Source: Octopus vulgaris (lineage: Eukaryota). From it: DNA of 64,000 nucleotides. Positions 25,930-39,984 of this stretch are shown here, one piece after another (the first letter of the stretch is position 1; each line of letters starts with the position of its first letter). Below the pieces are notes generated by a model. It did not search any database and had not been told where the DNA came from. It saw only the letters and a list, made by a program, of their open reading frames with translations. The translations under genes were made by a program, and so were the position numbers. The stretch lies in contig OX597821.1 of assembly GCA_951406725.2 (NCBI GenBank), forward strand, positions 20,274,001 to 20,338,000, read 5' to 3'.

Positions 25930-25958
25930 ACCCGAGCAACGCCGGGATCCATTGGTAG
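25930..25958 (+). mobile_element. Helitron-like 3' terminus
   Basis: Hairpin cccgagcaacgccggg followed about 9 nt later by gtag|t. The hairpin is identical to that of the element at 29011-29306. Confidence 0.65.
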
Positions 25959-25974
25959 TGTGTGTTTGTGTGTG

Positions 25975-26019
<45 letters not shown>

Positions 26020-26024
<5 letters not shown>

Positions 26025-26900
26025 GACTCGGTTTCTCTTCAGTATTGTCTCTAGTGAAATAGTAAGTTACACGGATCTCTTCTTCTCCGTGTCTCCTGCT
26101 GCGATGTCAGCTCATCTGGAATCCCAGGTATAAATTTGTCCAGGCACTCTTTGAACACCTCTAAATCTACCCTTTACAGGTCTGTTACCATGTTAGACAG
26201 AATGCTGAATAGTTGTGGGCTCTGGAAAGCCAAGCTGTTACGGTACAGCGTTCTTTTTCTAGATGACGAAGACAGGAACATTGGTACTATGGAGTGCAGT
26301 ACCGTGGATAGTATAGAGATTTCAGTCCCAGATAGTTCTGGGTCTTCCGGGATCTTCCATATGTATATCACTGCATATTTTTTTACGCATACTCTCACTT
26401 CATTTAGACTCTCTTATTACCTCATATGTTTCAATGTGTATATATTTTTTGTCAAGTAGCGTACTGAGGCACTCTGAGGCGACCAGAGTTGGGAGCAGTA
26501 AGCCATACGACTCCGAAAGAAAGTTCTCCTTAAAGGTAACATCCTTCCTCTTGGTTCTGTATGACCTCAATCCATTCAACTGTTAGCCTGCACATTGTTG
26601 ACACCCTGGTAATATGTACATAGAATGTTGCACCATTATACATGTGGATTCTCAGATCACATACCGACTCTACCTCTGGCATTGCAATATGCCGACTTCC
26701 TGTGCATTCCGCTTGTTATCTGTGGTCTGGTAATGGAATGCTTGAAATCCTCAGATTTGAACTGCATTTTGTATTCATCAGCCCACTTGTACTTTGTATT
26801 CCGATCTTTCTTCAATTTTAGTGACATCTGTGTTCTTGAAGCCACTGAAACTTTTGTATCATCAACACAACTGATGAGAACGGTTGCTTTTTGGCCGACA
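26020..26900 (-). mobile_element. Decayed CR1-type LINE 3' fragment
   Basis: Minus frames give DETKV..YKWADEYKMQF, EYGLLLPTL, KYAVIYIWKI, NSLAFQSPQLFSIL. Related to 34720-35335. Confidence 0.7.
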
Positions 26901-27009
26901 GCATGCGTTAGTCACCATCAATACACATACATACATACATACATACGTACATACATACATACATACATACATACATACATACATACATACATACATACAT
27001 ACATACATA

Positions 27010-27313
27010 GTGGAGGCACATGGCCTAGTGGTTGGAGCAGCGGACTCGTGGTCGAGGGATCATGGGTTTGAATCTCAGACAGGTCGATGTGTGTCTGTTT
27101 ATGAGCGAAACACCTAAGCTCCACGCGGCTCCGGCAGAAGGTGATGGCGAACTTCTGCTGACTCTTTCGCCGCAATATTCCCTCACTCTTTCCTCCTGCA
27201 TTTTGCAGCTCACCTGCGACGGACCGGCGTCCCGTCCAGGTGTGGAACCTATACGCCAAGGAAACCGGGAAATCGGCCCTTATGAGCCAGGCATGGCTCG
27301 AGAAGGAACAAAC
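27010..27313 (+). mobile_element. SINE family D, full length, inside (ATAC)n
   Basis: gtggaggcacatggcctagtgg A box, tRNA-Arg-like loop actcgtgg, tail gacggaccggcgtcccgtccagg...gaaaccggg. Both flanks are (ATAC)n. Confidence 0.9.
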
Positions 27314-27543
27314 ATACATACATACATACATACATACATGTATGTATATCACAGAACTAATACCTAATACTTTCAAACTTGAACTCGCCTCAGAGTATTA
27401 GAGTAAGGTAAGTCTACGGTATATATCTGTGTTAAGTTTATGTGGCGCGCGCGTGTGTGTGTGTGTATGAGTGTGTGTGTGTGTGTGTGTGTGTACGTGT
27501 TTGTGATACACACACACACGTACACACACGAGTATGTGAGAGT

Positions 27544-27589
<46 letters not shown>

Positions 27590-28262
27590 AGTTTTAGCAC
27601 TGATATATTAACGCCGGGAGATGAAGTCGAGTTGATACTAAAATACTAAAAAGCAAAATTAGAAGCCTGCAGGAAAATAAAAATGTATTAAGGAGCATTG
27701 AACAGAATGAGCGCTAGAATTGGTATATATACACAGAGTGAAAGACAAGCCAACATCAATCTTGTGCGTTTCGACTGGTATGCGTTACCAGAATGTACTT
27801 GCGTTAGTGTTGGCGTTTAGTAATATTCATTGATTTCTTTTTATATAATTGACAAAATTACTGATTTAAATCCAGATTATTTTTGTATCGATACACATAC
27901 ATTGCACATTTTAATCAGTCTAAGGCATACTCTGTTAGTTGCTAGTGTAGCAATATCGTTTCCCTCATTCCTATCTTCACTGTTTGAGAAGAGTATTAAG
28001 AATAATCTCGTTCGAGATTACAAACATCTTCGGCTAGTTTAACATTGTTGTAAACACTAATCTGATTGGCTGACACGTGGTCTCTACTACGTTCGCACCG
28101 CTGGTTGTCACGTGACGCAATTTGCCTCCGCTTACTTTCGCGCCATATGTCCCAAGCAGCCAATCACAGCTTTCCATTTCTGAAGTTCGTTTTGAGCCAC
28201 ATAAACCTTATATAAAGAAGGGTTCTCAGACAAATATTCGTCTTTGGTTCTAGTCCTTCTAG

Positions 28263-28624
28263 AACGACGAGGGTTCCGGTTGATCCGATCACGGAACAGC
28301 CTGCTCGTGAAATTAACTTGTAAGTGACTGAGCACTCCACAGACACGTGTACCCTTAACGTAGTTCTCGGGGATATTCAGCGTGACACAGAAAGTGACAA
28401 GGCCGGCCCTTTGAAATACAGGTACAACAGAAACAGGAAGTAAGAGTGAGAGAAAGTTGTGGTGAAAGAGTACAGCAAGGATCACCACCATCCCTGCCGG
28501 AGCCTTGTGGAGCTTTTAGGTGTTTTCGCTCAATAAACACTCACAAAGCCCGGTCTGGGAATCAAAACCGCGATCCTACGACCGCGAGTCCGCTGTCCTA
28601 ACCACTGGGCCATTGCGCCTCCAC
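28263..28624 (-). mobile_element. SINE family C (same tRNA-Arg-like head as D, different body and tail)
   Basis: The reverse complement starts gtggaggcgcaatggcccagtggttagg. Near-identical to 42385-42764. Confidence 0.9.
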
Positions 28625-29010
28625 TGACAAAATGCAGCTAATCATTGAAGAAAATACGGTGTGACGAGGTCATTTGATAGATCCCAGTCTCGAATTAAGT
28701 TAAATTAAATGACTCACCATTTCGGTAAACATATATTCAGCCCCCAATCCTGCATAATTCTTACGAGGAATAATTTCCTTGCTTTTCTTCTTATCTTATG
28801 ACTGAATGAAAAACAGATACATACTGTTGACGACACTTCGTAAACATACTTTCCACCATAATAATGCAACTTTTAAGGCTTGTATTAATATTCCATTTTT
28901 TGAAGAGATTTCAGCTTTATATTAAGTCATTTCTTCATTCCATGATCTCTTGGGTGAGCATGCGTCATTTCTTTCTTCAAATGCATATTTGTTTCGTATT
29001 TTATTCATCA

Positions 29011-29306
29011 CTAACAGTATCGCCCGGCGTTGCTCGGGTTTGTAAGGGAAATAACTATAAAGCATTTTTAAAGAGTTATAGCCAAAAAATAGCAAAAAAA
29101 TGCATTAAAAATGGAAAAAAAATGATGGTAATTTTTTTTTTAAATCGTAGACTCATCGTAGACGCGCGCTAATACCCAGAAGGGCTCGATATGAATCACG
29201 TCTATAAGATACCCGCTTTTGGTTAAACTGCACCGCAAAATGTAGAAGTAGTTAGGAATCTAAATCGTAGGAGACAGACACACAACCTTACTTTTATATA
29301 TAAAGA
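29011..29306 (-). mobile_element. Non-autonomous Helitron
   Basis: On the minus strand: A|TCTTTATATATAAAAG start, subterminal hairpin cccgagcaacgccggg, TTAG|T end. Inserted between A and T without a TSD. Confidence 0.8.
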
Positions 29307-29949
29307 TATGCAATACTATTGACTAGTTTTTTAAAAGAAATATACGTAAGTTTTCACAAAGGTCTTTCATTATCGTCGATCATTTGAAACACCCACTGTT
29401 TGAAGCACTGGGTCAATTGGCTGAGAATTATACAGACAATTCTGCCTATTAAGTATCATGCAAAATCAGTATTACATAACTCATTACATGATTGCAAGTT
29501 TGAATTTTAGGCAATAATCCATCCGACAAACTTCCACACTGTTCACACTCTTTCCAGCAACTCGACTTTACTAATACGAAACTACAGCAAAAGAGTCGTA
29601 CCAAAATTTCCACTCAGATTCATCGAACTCACAATTTGGCAAATTCGAAGTGAACTTATTTTGAAAACACTCAAGCATATCCACATTTCTTTAATTTGTA
29701 TAATTGTAACAACGCTTACGAAAATTGATGTGTGAACGGATACAAAACGCACACACACCATACACACCCAGAATTACGAACACTCATACATGCACGCGGG
29801 AATGTAAATATTTATGAATGTTTGTGAACATGAACTTGCGTAGCTGAGTGTCAGTCTATTCCCGCTGTTTCGTGTAATATGGCGGGTAGCTAGCAACTTT
29901 GCTTCTGCGTTTATGCCACTGTGTGTGGAAATACCAGTTTTTGCTATGA

Positions 29950-30361
29950 ATTAGGTGATGGCGCATGTGAGGAGTCTTGAATGAGTGGAAATGTTTGTTT
30001 CATAAATATCTGCTCTTTTGTCTTCGAAGATCTGTAGATTAGGTGATTGTTTAATACTCGTCATATTGTCACTTAGTGATTTATGTAAGAGATTAGAATA
30101 ATGCTGAAATCTTACCTTCTTTACAATGTTCTATGAGACAAACTCAAAGTTTTCAAGGTCTTTCATAAGTGGGAGGCACTTTTGGGATTTAGAGCCAAAC
30201 TTGTCTACAGATGTAGTAGTAGAAGGATTCTCACAGAAGAAAGCTTTCCAGCGCATTCGTTTGATGATACGTTCGATCATCTCCGTGAGTCACGTCAAAT
30301 AGATTTTCCTTAGAGGTTTTTGGATAATCCTCAGCGAGTGCAGCAATAGTTGTCTCTCCAT
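29950..30361 (-). pseudogene. N-terminal fragment of Penelope-like retroelement ORF
   Basis: MERQLLLHSLRIIQKPLRKIYLT*LTEMIERIIKRMRWKAFF...FGSKS...LQIFEDKRADIYE resembles the IKRMRWKAF and DK motifs I recall upstream of PLE RTs. Confidence 0.6.
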
Positions 30362-31586
30362 TGCAAACTGTTGGTCAGGTGAACGTGAATGGTGACCAAA
30401 AGAGTTTGGAACAAGTGTACGAGTTATTAGACAAAGGAAAGGACTATTATCGATAGGGGGCCACCATATTCACTCGGCGCCACCCGTTACTCCGAGAAAA
30501 ACTGAATATCCTCTACCAATCTAGAGTATCCAGCGACAAGAAATATGAGGTCTCGTATTGCTGTCAACAGTGGTACACCCTGGTCACCGACAACCCGGAT
30601 ATACTTCCTTACTACCAGGTCACCATCACTAATTAACTCCCATGAACTGTACCGCAAATCACCAATCCCCAACGCTTCTCCCTGTCTATCTACCCACATA
30701 CTCTCATCCATTGTACATCAGCTCTTTAGCATGACCACACGAGTATATGTGTGTGTGCATGTCCATGACTACTCCTATGAATCTGCTCACCTTAGGCATG
30801 AGCACGGACGTGTGTTCGCGAGTGTACATGCGTGCGCATGCGCTCCCATATACACACACATATATATACATGAGCACCCGTGCGTGTACATGTATGTATA
30901 CGTGCACATTTGTGTGTGTGCGCACGATGCGTGTGTTCGTGTGCATATGTACATGGAGATAAAGGTGTGCATGCATGTGTATGTATGTGTTCGTGTGTGT
31001 ATGTGTTTATGTGTGCACGCCTGAGGGTGCGGCTACATGTGTGTGTGTATGCACGTGCATGGATGTGTGATTGTACATCTAAGCACACATACAAACACGT
31101 ATAAGTACGGATACATACACGCAGATATATGGGTATATAGGCACACACATGCACCACTTCCTAATTCCCCCAACCATACAAACGATTTCTTGTCCAACAC
31201 GCGTTCAATTTCCTGCTCACCACGTGGTCGATTACCTGTTCACCATGGAGTATTTATCCAGCTAATTGGTGTCGCTGTAATACCATTATACCGCGTGTAG
31301 CGAGCAATTGCAGGCTAACGTCCAGTAGTAAATATTGTCTTTCATTAATCGAACACTGATTCAGAACCCAATAGCCGAAGACTAACCACACGCTCGAAAC
31401 TCAGATTACCAAGGAGTCTGAACCGATTAGTCGCGATCAGCCATTGATCCTACTCTCGAATTTAGCAAGCTAGTCCTAGCGGCACATCCAAGAAGTGACA
31501 TGTGGTGAGGTAATAGAGATAGAGAGAGTGAAGGAGAGAGGGAGAATAATTGTATGAAGACTAGAGAAAGAGAACAAGTGAGAAAC

Positions 31587-31639
<53 letters not shown>

Positions 31640-32469
31640 CATAGATAGATAGATAGATATATAGAGAGAGAGAGAACGAGAGAGACCTTTGCAAGAACAG
31701 TGCTGGCACAGTACTCTCACTCTAACTCTCATGAAGTGTAAAAGGAGATCTTGTTTTAGGACAGAACATGCCGTAGGATTCTGGTATTGAACCTTTCACT
31801 ATATAATCTTGATCGCTAGGCGACTTGCCTTCTCTGGTCGATACACTGTTTTATGTGTGTGTGTGTGTGTGTGTGAGTGTGTGTGTCTGTGAGAGAGAGA
31901 GTCTGTATGTGAGATATACAAACCTGTAAATGTGATTATGAAATTCAGTTATGTGTATGCTACATGTATCGCTACGCAACTTACCTTGAGGTTACACGGT
32001 AGTATAAAGGTTACCGTGATCCAAAACAGCTCGCAAGTTTGAAAATCAATTTTCATCCAAGAAAACCGGTCCCAATGAAAGCTTAATTGGATATAAGCTG
32101 AATTATCATTAGAATTGATCATGTCCACTTTACCATTAATAATAATACAAACAATAAGAAAAATAACATTAACAATAACAAAATGTGAATAACATTAACA
32201 ATTATCAAAATTATGTTCATACAGTCATATCAAAAACAAGAAAGCAATACCTGCCTACTCGGCATCCTCGACCTCCTCCTCCTTCTCCTCATACTAACAC
32301 TAGTACTACAACAACAACAACTGCTACTACTACTACCACCACCACTACAAGTATTACTACTAAAATTAGTAATAATAACTACGACGGTTATGTTAATAAT
32401 AATATAATCATAGAAATAACGAAATGATAAAATTAACGACAAAAGTATTAATAAGAGAAATGATAAAAA

Positions 32470-32470
32470 C

Positions 32471-32547
<77 letters not shown>

Positions 32548-32798
32548 CATCATCATCATCATCATCATCATTATTATCATTTTTATGTTGCTGCTATTTT
32601 TTCTTGTTATTTTCGTTTTCTATATTATCATTATTATTTTCGTTGTTATTATTTTTACTGCTATTATTGATCTAATAATTATTGTTATAATCATTATTAT
32701 TTTTTACTAATCGTGTTGCCCTCTATATTATTGTTATTTATTATTGTCTATATTACTAATATCCGTCTGAAATATTATTATTATTATCATTATTATTA

Positions 32799-32860
<62 letters not shown>
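32470..32860. repeat. (ATT)n/(ATC)n microsatellite cluster
   Basis: Directly visible. Confidence 0.95.
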
Positions 32861-33701
32861 TATAAATTTATTTCCATTATAACAATAACCGTGATAATAA
32901 CAGTGGAAAAATTAGTAACAACGTGAAAAATAAACAACTTTAGTTATTTCAATTTACAACAACAACAACAATACTGAGATAATCCACAAATAACGTAATA
33001 ATTTCCACAAAAACATCAACCCAAACAATCACAAAGCTAAGTGTAGAGAATTAATTTTTAAATTCATTGAAAGATGAAATTAATTGTCATTCCGTTCTTT
33101 TGTAAATATTTGCTTAAAACTTGATATATTTCTTATGTTTTAACCAATTTAACTAATTGTTTTGGCAATGTTGCTTAATTATTTTTAATTATCTAAACAA
33201 CATTTGAAATAGAAAATATAAGAGAGATGAGATTAAAATACCCCAGTGTATGATTTTTCATTCTGCGCATACGTGTATGCATTTCCGTTTGTTTGTGTGC
33301 GCGACTTAGCAATATAGTGGTATCTATTTTAGGTGTTTGTGTTTGTCTCTATATTTGTGTGAGAGTGTGTAATATTGTCTTGTATTATTAGTGTTTCAGT
33401 GTTTGTATTACGCCACTCGTACAAGCGAATGGAATTCGTGTACTGAAGACATTAATAAGTGTGCACAGGCGTGAAATCCAGCAATCTGCCTGGCTGGTTT
33501 GCTTTCTACAAAACCAGAAGGTACATTGCGGAAATCTTATGTTAACGAGTTGTATCTATGCCCCGACGAGATACTTCTCCACCGCCAGATGCTCTTGAAC
33601 CATTGTTGAGTGTCCCACCCATGAGGGATCGATGCTAGATGTGTCGAAGCAATCGTCATGATTAGTAAATTCTCGTATATTCCATCTTCCGTTTTCATAT
33701 A

Positions 33702-33761
<60 letters not shown>

Positions 33762-34209
33762 ATGTGTATATATATCATATATACCAGATTACGAAAGCTC
33801 TTTCACTTAAACAAAGTCACGAGAGACATGAAGTGCACAAATATTTATTAAATGATGAATTACTTAATCAAACCTAGATTTATACACCCATAGATGCATA
33901 GCAATATATCTACATACACATATATGTATGTGTGCATGTTTGTGTGTATGCATGTATATATGATAATAATTATAAGCTTAAAAATGCAAGTGATCCCTGT
34001 TTGTTAGCTAAAGATGATATGGACACTCAACCGCAAAAGAGGGTGCCAGTACGCATGGGACACGAACCCACACCTCTTATATTCCTAATAGGTGGACTAC
34101 CAACGTACCCACTCACTTCTGTCCGTTAGATTAAAGCGCTATAATTACATAGTGTATTTTTAAAACATGAGTGTCCCACCCACGACTTTATCCGTCGTGT
34201 GCTATGCCC

Positions 34210-34575
34210 CAATATTTGACTATTCGAATGATACCAAGGTCATGTAGTTTGTTAAACACCCTCCTGTGAGGAACTATGGCAAAATCGAAATATATCACAT
34301 CGAAATTTGAGTTGCTGAGCTGCTGTTTCAGTACCTAGTCAGTCGTAATGTTGGAGTGAATCAGAACTTACCTGGCTAGAAACCATGTTGCTTGTTTGTG
34401 AGCAAGTTATTTTCTTTCAGACACATGATGCGCATCTTTTGACAATGCCTTGCAGGCCCTTGCAAAGATGAGAAGTCAGAGAAAGACCTGTAAACTTTGG
34501 CATGCCTTCTAGTTTCTCTCTTATGGAGAAGGCATATAATACCTCTTGTTAGCAATTTGAACTCTGCACACATTT
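34210..34575 (-). mobile_element. CR1-type LINE RT fragment (N-terminal RT domains)
   Basis: IICLLHK..YRSFS..LKENNLLTNKQHGF, then FDVIYFDFA--VPHRRVFNKLHDLGI. Confidence 0.75.
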
Positions 34576-34719
34576 ACACACATTTACAAGGGAACGCATA
34601 TTTACGAATAGAGATAAATGATCAAATATTCACATGATTCTTTTTACATCTGTGTGCGTGTGTGAGTCATTGTATCTCTCCCTCTGTTTCTATGTATGTG
34701 TATATGCAGGATTCTAAGG

Positions 34720-35335
34720 TCATTCAGAACCAGTAAGAAAGGATAACATGCTGCTCCTATAGAGAACTTTCGTCCTCAGTAGTCTCGATTACTGCTCCCA
34801 ACTCTGGTTGCTGCAGAGTGTCAAACTGATGGCGGAACTTGAGGCAATCCAGCACCACGAGACAAAGAAAATGGTCTCGGATAAAACAGATGAGCCACTG
34901 GGAGAGTCTAAAGGACCTGAAGCTCTGCTCCCCATATAGGAATCATGAGAGATATGTTGTGGTATACATATGGAGGAGCCAGGAATGTTTGGCTTCCAGC
35001 TTTGGAATTCAACCACGGAACTGGATAGCACTGCATAATACCAAAGATCCTGTCTTCGCCATCTGGTATAAGGACCCAGAGTTGTAACAGCTTGGGTTTC
35101 AACATTCTCCAATCAACCTTAAAGATTTAAAAAATGTAGATGTGGGGATTTTCATAGTCTGTAGACAAAATTTTATCCGAAATACCAAATAAACCCACAT
35201 CGCTGCCAAGGGCACAAAGAAGAGCGGCTCCGTGCAACTGGCTTCTTCACCAAAAACAATACAGAAATAAAACCGAAACACAGTGAAAGATGGTGCTCTG
35301 ACATGACCAAAGCCTCCGGGTGTAGCGCTAAATAA
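34720..35335 (+). mobile_element. Decayed CR1-type LINE 3' fragment
   Basis: LDYCSQLW..AELEAIQ, QMSHWESLKDLKLCS, ERYVVVYIW. Related to 26020-26900. Confidence 0.7.
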
Positions 35336-35521
35336 TGAGAGAGATCACTAGCCACTACACATTCTTTATTTTCTCTCCTTGTTTCCTTCTGTGTTCCTTT
35401 CTGTGGAAGAGCGTAGGCTCGAAACGTTATAAACCTTTTCACTTCCCGAGCGTTAGACTAATACATCTGTTTGTTGTCTACACCACCTGTCTTCGTCTTT
35501 TGTCTTGTTTGTGAATTCTCG

Positions 35522-35525
<4 letters not shown>
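35335..35525 (+). mobile_element. Solo Penelope-like terminal repeat with hammerhead-like motif
   Basis: Reverse-complement match to 9590-9790. Contains cttt-ctgtggaa-gagc-gtag-gctc-gaaacgtt. Confidence 0.8.
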
Positions 35526-35580
<55 letters not shown>

Positions 35581-35724
35581 TTATTAGAGTTAGAGGCTGG
35601 AATAATCGTCTAATGGATAAAAGTATCCGTTATACTACCGCTATAATTACCTATGTTAACCATGGACACATCTGCAAGCATATCATTTTCCATGATCTCC
35701 ATTTTCTGTTTACTCTCTCTCTCT

Positions 35725-35804
<80 letters not shown>

Positions 35805-38244
35805 GTGTGTGTGTATGTGTGTGTGTATATGTATGTATCTATGTATGTGTATATGCTTACGTAAGTGTGAGCATATATGTACAGTATATAGATATATATA
35901 TATATACATACACACACTTGCATACATGTGTGTATGTGTTTATATATATGTATATTACGCAAGAAATTGTATAGAACCGTAAATCTATGTATTTGCACTG
36001 AAGGAGGAAAATTAATTTGTCTCCGATATTTTCTTTTCAACTGTTCCTCCAGGTTCGAAATTGGATACTATTTTGAGGCTTACTTTCAATTCAAAATGCA
36101 TACACAAAATCATTGAAGAAATTTTCAACAAGCTTCGCACCATACGGATACAAATAGATCTAAATTAAATGGTATTTCTGTTCTGTGTGCAATTAAAACT
36201 TTCCGGCGGCCAGTTTCTTCACCTGTGTCATGGCTTTCGGTGCAAGTTATATTTTTTTCGCTTTTAAAATACTTGTATATAAGTATGCGCACACACACAC
36301 ATGTGCATAGTACTTATTATGTAAGTGTCCCTCTATGTGTGTATATTCATATTAAGAAAGTGTTGTACATCTATGCTGCGTTCGTAGATTTGTGGTGGTG
36401 TTAATTATGGCTTGCTGCATGTTATTTCTGACTTCAGTTTGTTTCCGCTTGCAGCCGCTGCTACAGGATGTCTTTGATTGCAGGCGGCAGAAATGAGTTG
36501 AGTTCGCTGAATATCCACTCTAGACGAATAGAATAGAAATTGCTCGTGTAGGTACTTTTTTGTTTGTTTATATAATCCCGTATATTAATAAATAGAAATT
36601 TACAAAGATCTAAAAGGATTCTGGGTTACGTAGCCATTAAATGGCCTATGGTGATGATGCTACCAGAGCAGTTAGAGTACATGCATATGTTTACAATCTA
36701 TGACTATGCCCAAAACGGAGTTAGCAGTCATCACATATATATACATACAAGCATATATACATACATATATATATATATGAGTGTGTATGTGTGTGTATGT
36801 GTGTGTGTGTATGTATGCATGTGTGTGAGAGAAATTGTGTGTGTGCCTGTGTGTGTGTGAGAGAGATAGATCATGTGTGCTTGTGTGTGTGTGTGTGTGT
36901 ATGTTTAAAAATATATAAAGCGCAGTAAATACTCATGAAATATATTAATATTAGTGGCTGCGAGCTAAAACTGTATAGGGAAAATTAATATTTATGTATA
37001 TATATATATAAATATATATATATGTAAGAATTATATGTAACGAGGGTGCGTATTTTACAAACACCAGCTTTCCTAAATATAGGAGTCAAAAAAACACTCC
37101 GGGGTCACAATAATTAATATTATATATACACATATTTGCGTAAAATTGCAGTTCTCTACATACATACATATTATTTTCATTCGTCGAATTGTTCTTCAAA
37201 ATGGGAGCCAGACTTCATGCTATAACTTCATCTGGCTGGTCAACAGTTTTGTATCTATGAAATTAGGCAATAATCACCTGTAAACAATGGTCATTATGTA
37301 GCTCACGGTCTTCTTTAACAGTTGTTAAGATATGACATTACATAATTTCTATATGAATATATTTTCTTCATTTGTAGTTTTAACTTTCTTCTTTAGTTTT
37401 TATGATATGTATAAATACATGGATTAAACGTAATCTTGTTTATCTACCTTACCACCTATATATATACCTTTCTTTATTTTTCCTACTCCATATTTATAAA
37501 TTAGCAAATTATTGCAATATTCGACGCTTTTATTCTTAAAACAATAATAACAAGGCATAAATGTTCTGCTATGCATGAAAGCTGACAGACTGTGTGATTA
37601 TTCTCTGAATCAATCGTATAAGAGTCGAACATTTTACCTCCCAGCTTACGATCACTGTAACTTCAATTTATTTTGTCATAATAAATATTCCACTGCTTCA
37701 TTTGGTAGATGTAACATGTTATATAAATTATCAATAAAGTATAATTGATAAATGACAGATTAGTAATTTCCTTGAGTATTTTCATCTTATATTATCTGGA
37801 ATTAAAAATCTACGGCATAACCACATACAGCAGTGATATATTGTAACACAAATTATTGGAAGCATATCCATATTTGGCAAACGTCAAAACGGTTTTGTGC
37901 TCGTATACAAAATATTCAAACCCTAGTATTCTACGCTTCCGTTGGTGCTGGAAAATATTAGGAAATTATCTGCCAGATTTTAAAATGCATCTCAACCAAA
38001 TCCTTCTAATATTAAATCACACTTGTTTCATTTGCAATTGTTTTAAACTGCGCATGCGAAAGCCTTTCTCCTCGTAGAGATAGAGAGAGCCACAAAAAAA
38101 AATTGTGCATAGCATGACATGCAGTCTATCTTGCTAATGACTTTTAAACTCTTCAAATACCTACCTACCTGCCTAGTTACCTACGTACGTACCTACCTAC
38201 CTACCTACCTACCTACCTACCTACATACATACATATATACATGG

Positions 38245-38317
<73 letters not shown>

Positions 38318-38326
38318 ATCATTATT

Positions 38327-38497
38327 AAGGCGGTGAGCCGGGCAAAATGCTTAGCGACGTTCTGCGTTCAAAGTCAACTGAGGTCGACTTAGCCTTTCTC
38401 CCTTCCGCGGTCTTTAAAGTGCCAGTTGCGTACTGGGGTCGATCTAATCCATCATCCCCCTCCCCACAAATGTAAGGCCTTCGGGCTACAGCAGAAA
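38327..38497 (+). mobile_element. SINE family B (deleted) with (AAT)n tail
   Basis: aaggcggtgagc head and gaggtcgacttagcctttc..ctggggtcgatctaatc core. Confidence 0.75.
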
Positions 38498-38499
38498 TG

Positions 38500-39810
<1,311 letters not shown>

Positions 39811-39984
39811 TATAGTAGTAGTTGTAGTTTGGTACGGCATACTTTCTACCCATTTTCATTAAGTGAATGCTGAGTAAGTAAGCCATCCCTGGTAAATCTT
39901 ATGAAGCAATAAAAGACGATATAAGGCAGGCAGTCCTCAAAATTTGCAGCGAAATTTGCTGTCATTTTAATATGATATACCTTT

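Noticed and set aside
27010-27085. tRNA-Arg-like sequences (also 12545-12616, 28550-28624, 42690-42764)
   Set aside because: They are SINE heads continuing into SINE bodies, with no proper acceptor stem or terminator.
30290-30292. In-frame TGA in the Penelope-like N-terminal ORF as possible selenocysteine
   Set aside because: Not at a Cys-like position, the fragment has other stops and frameshifts, and no SECIS was seen. Simple decay is more likely.
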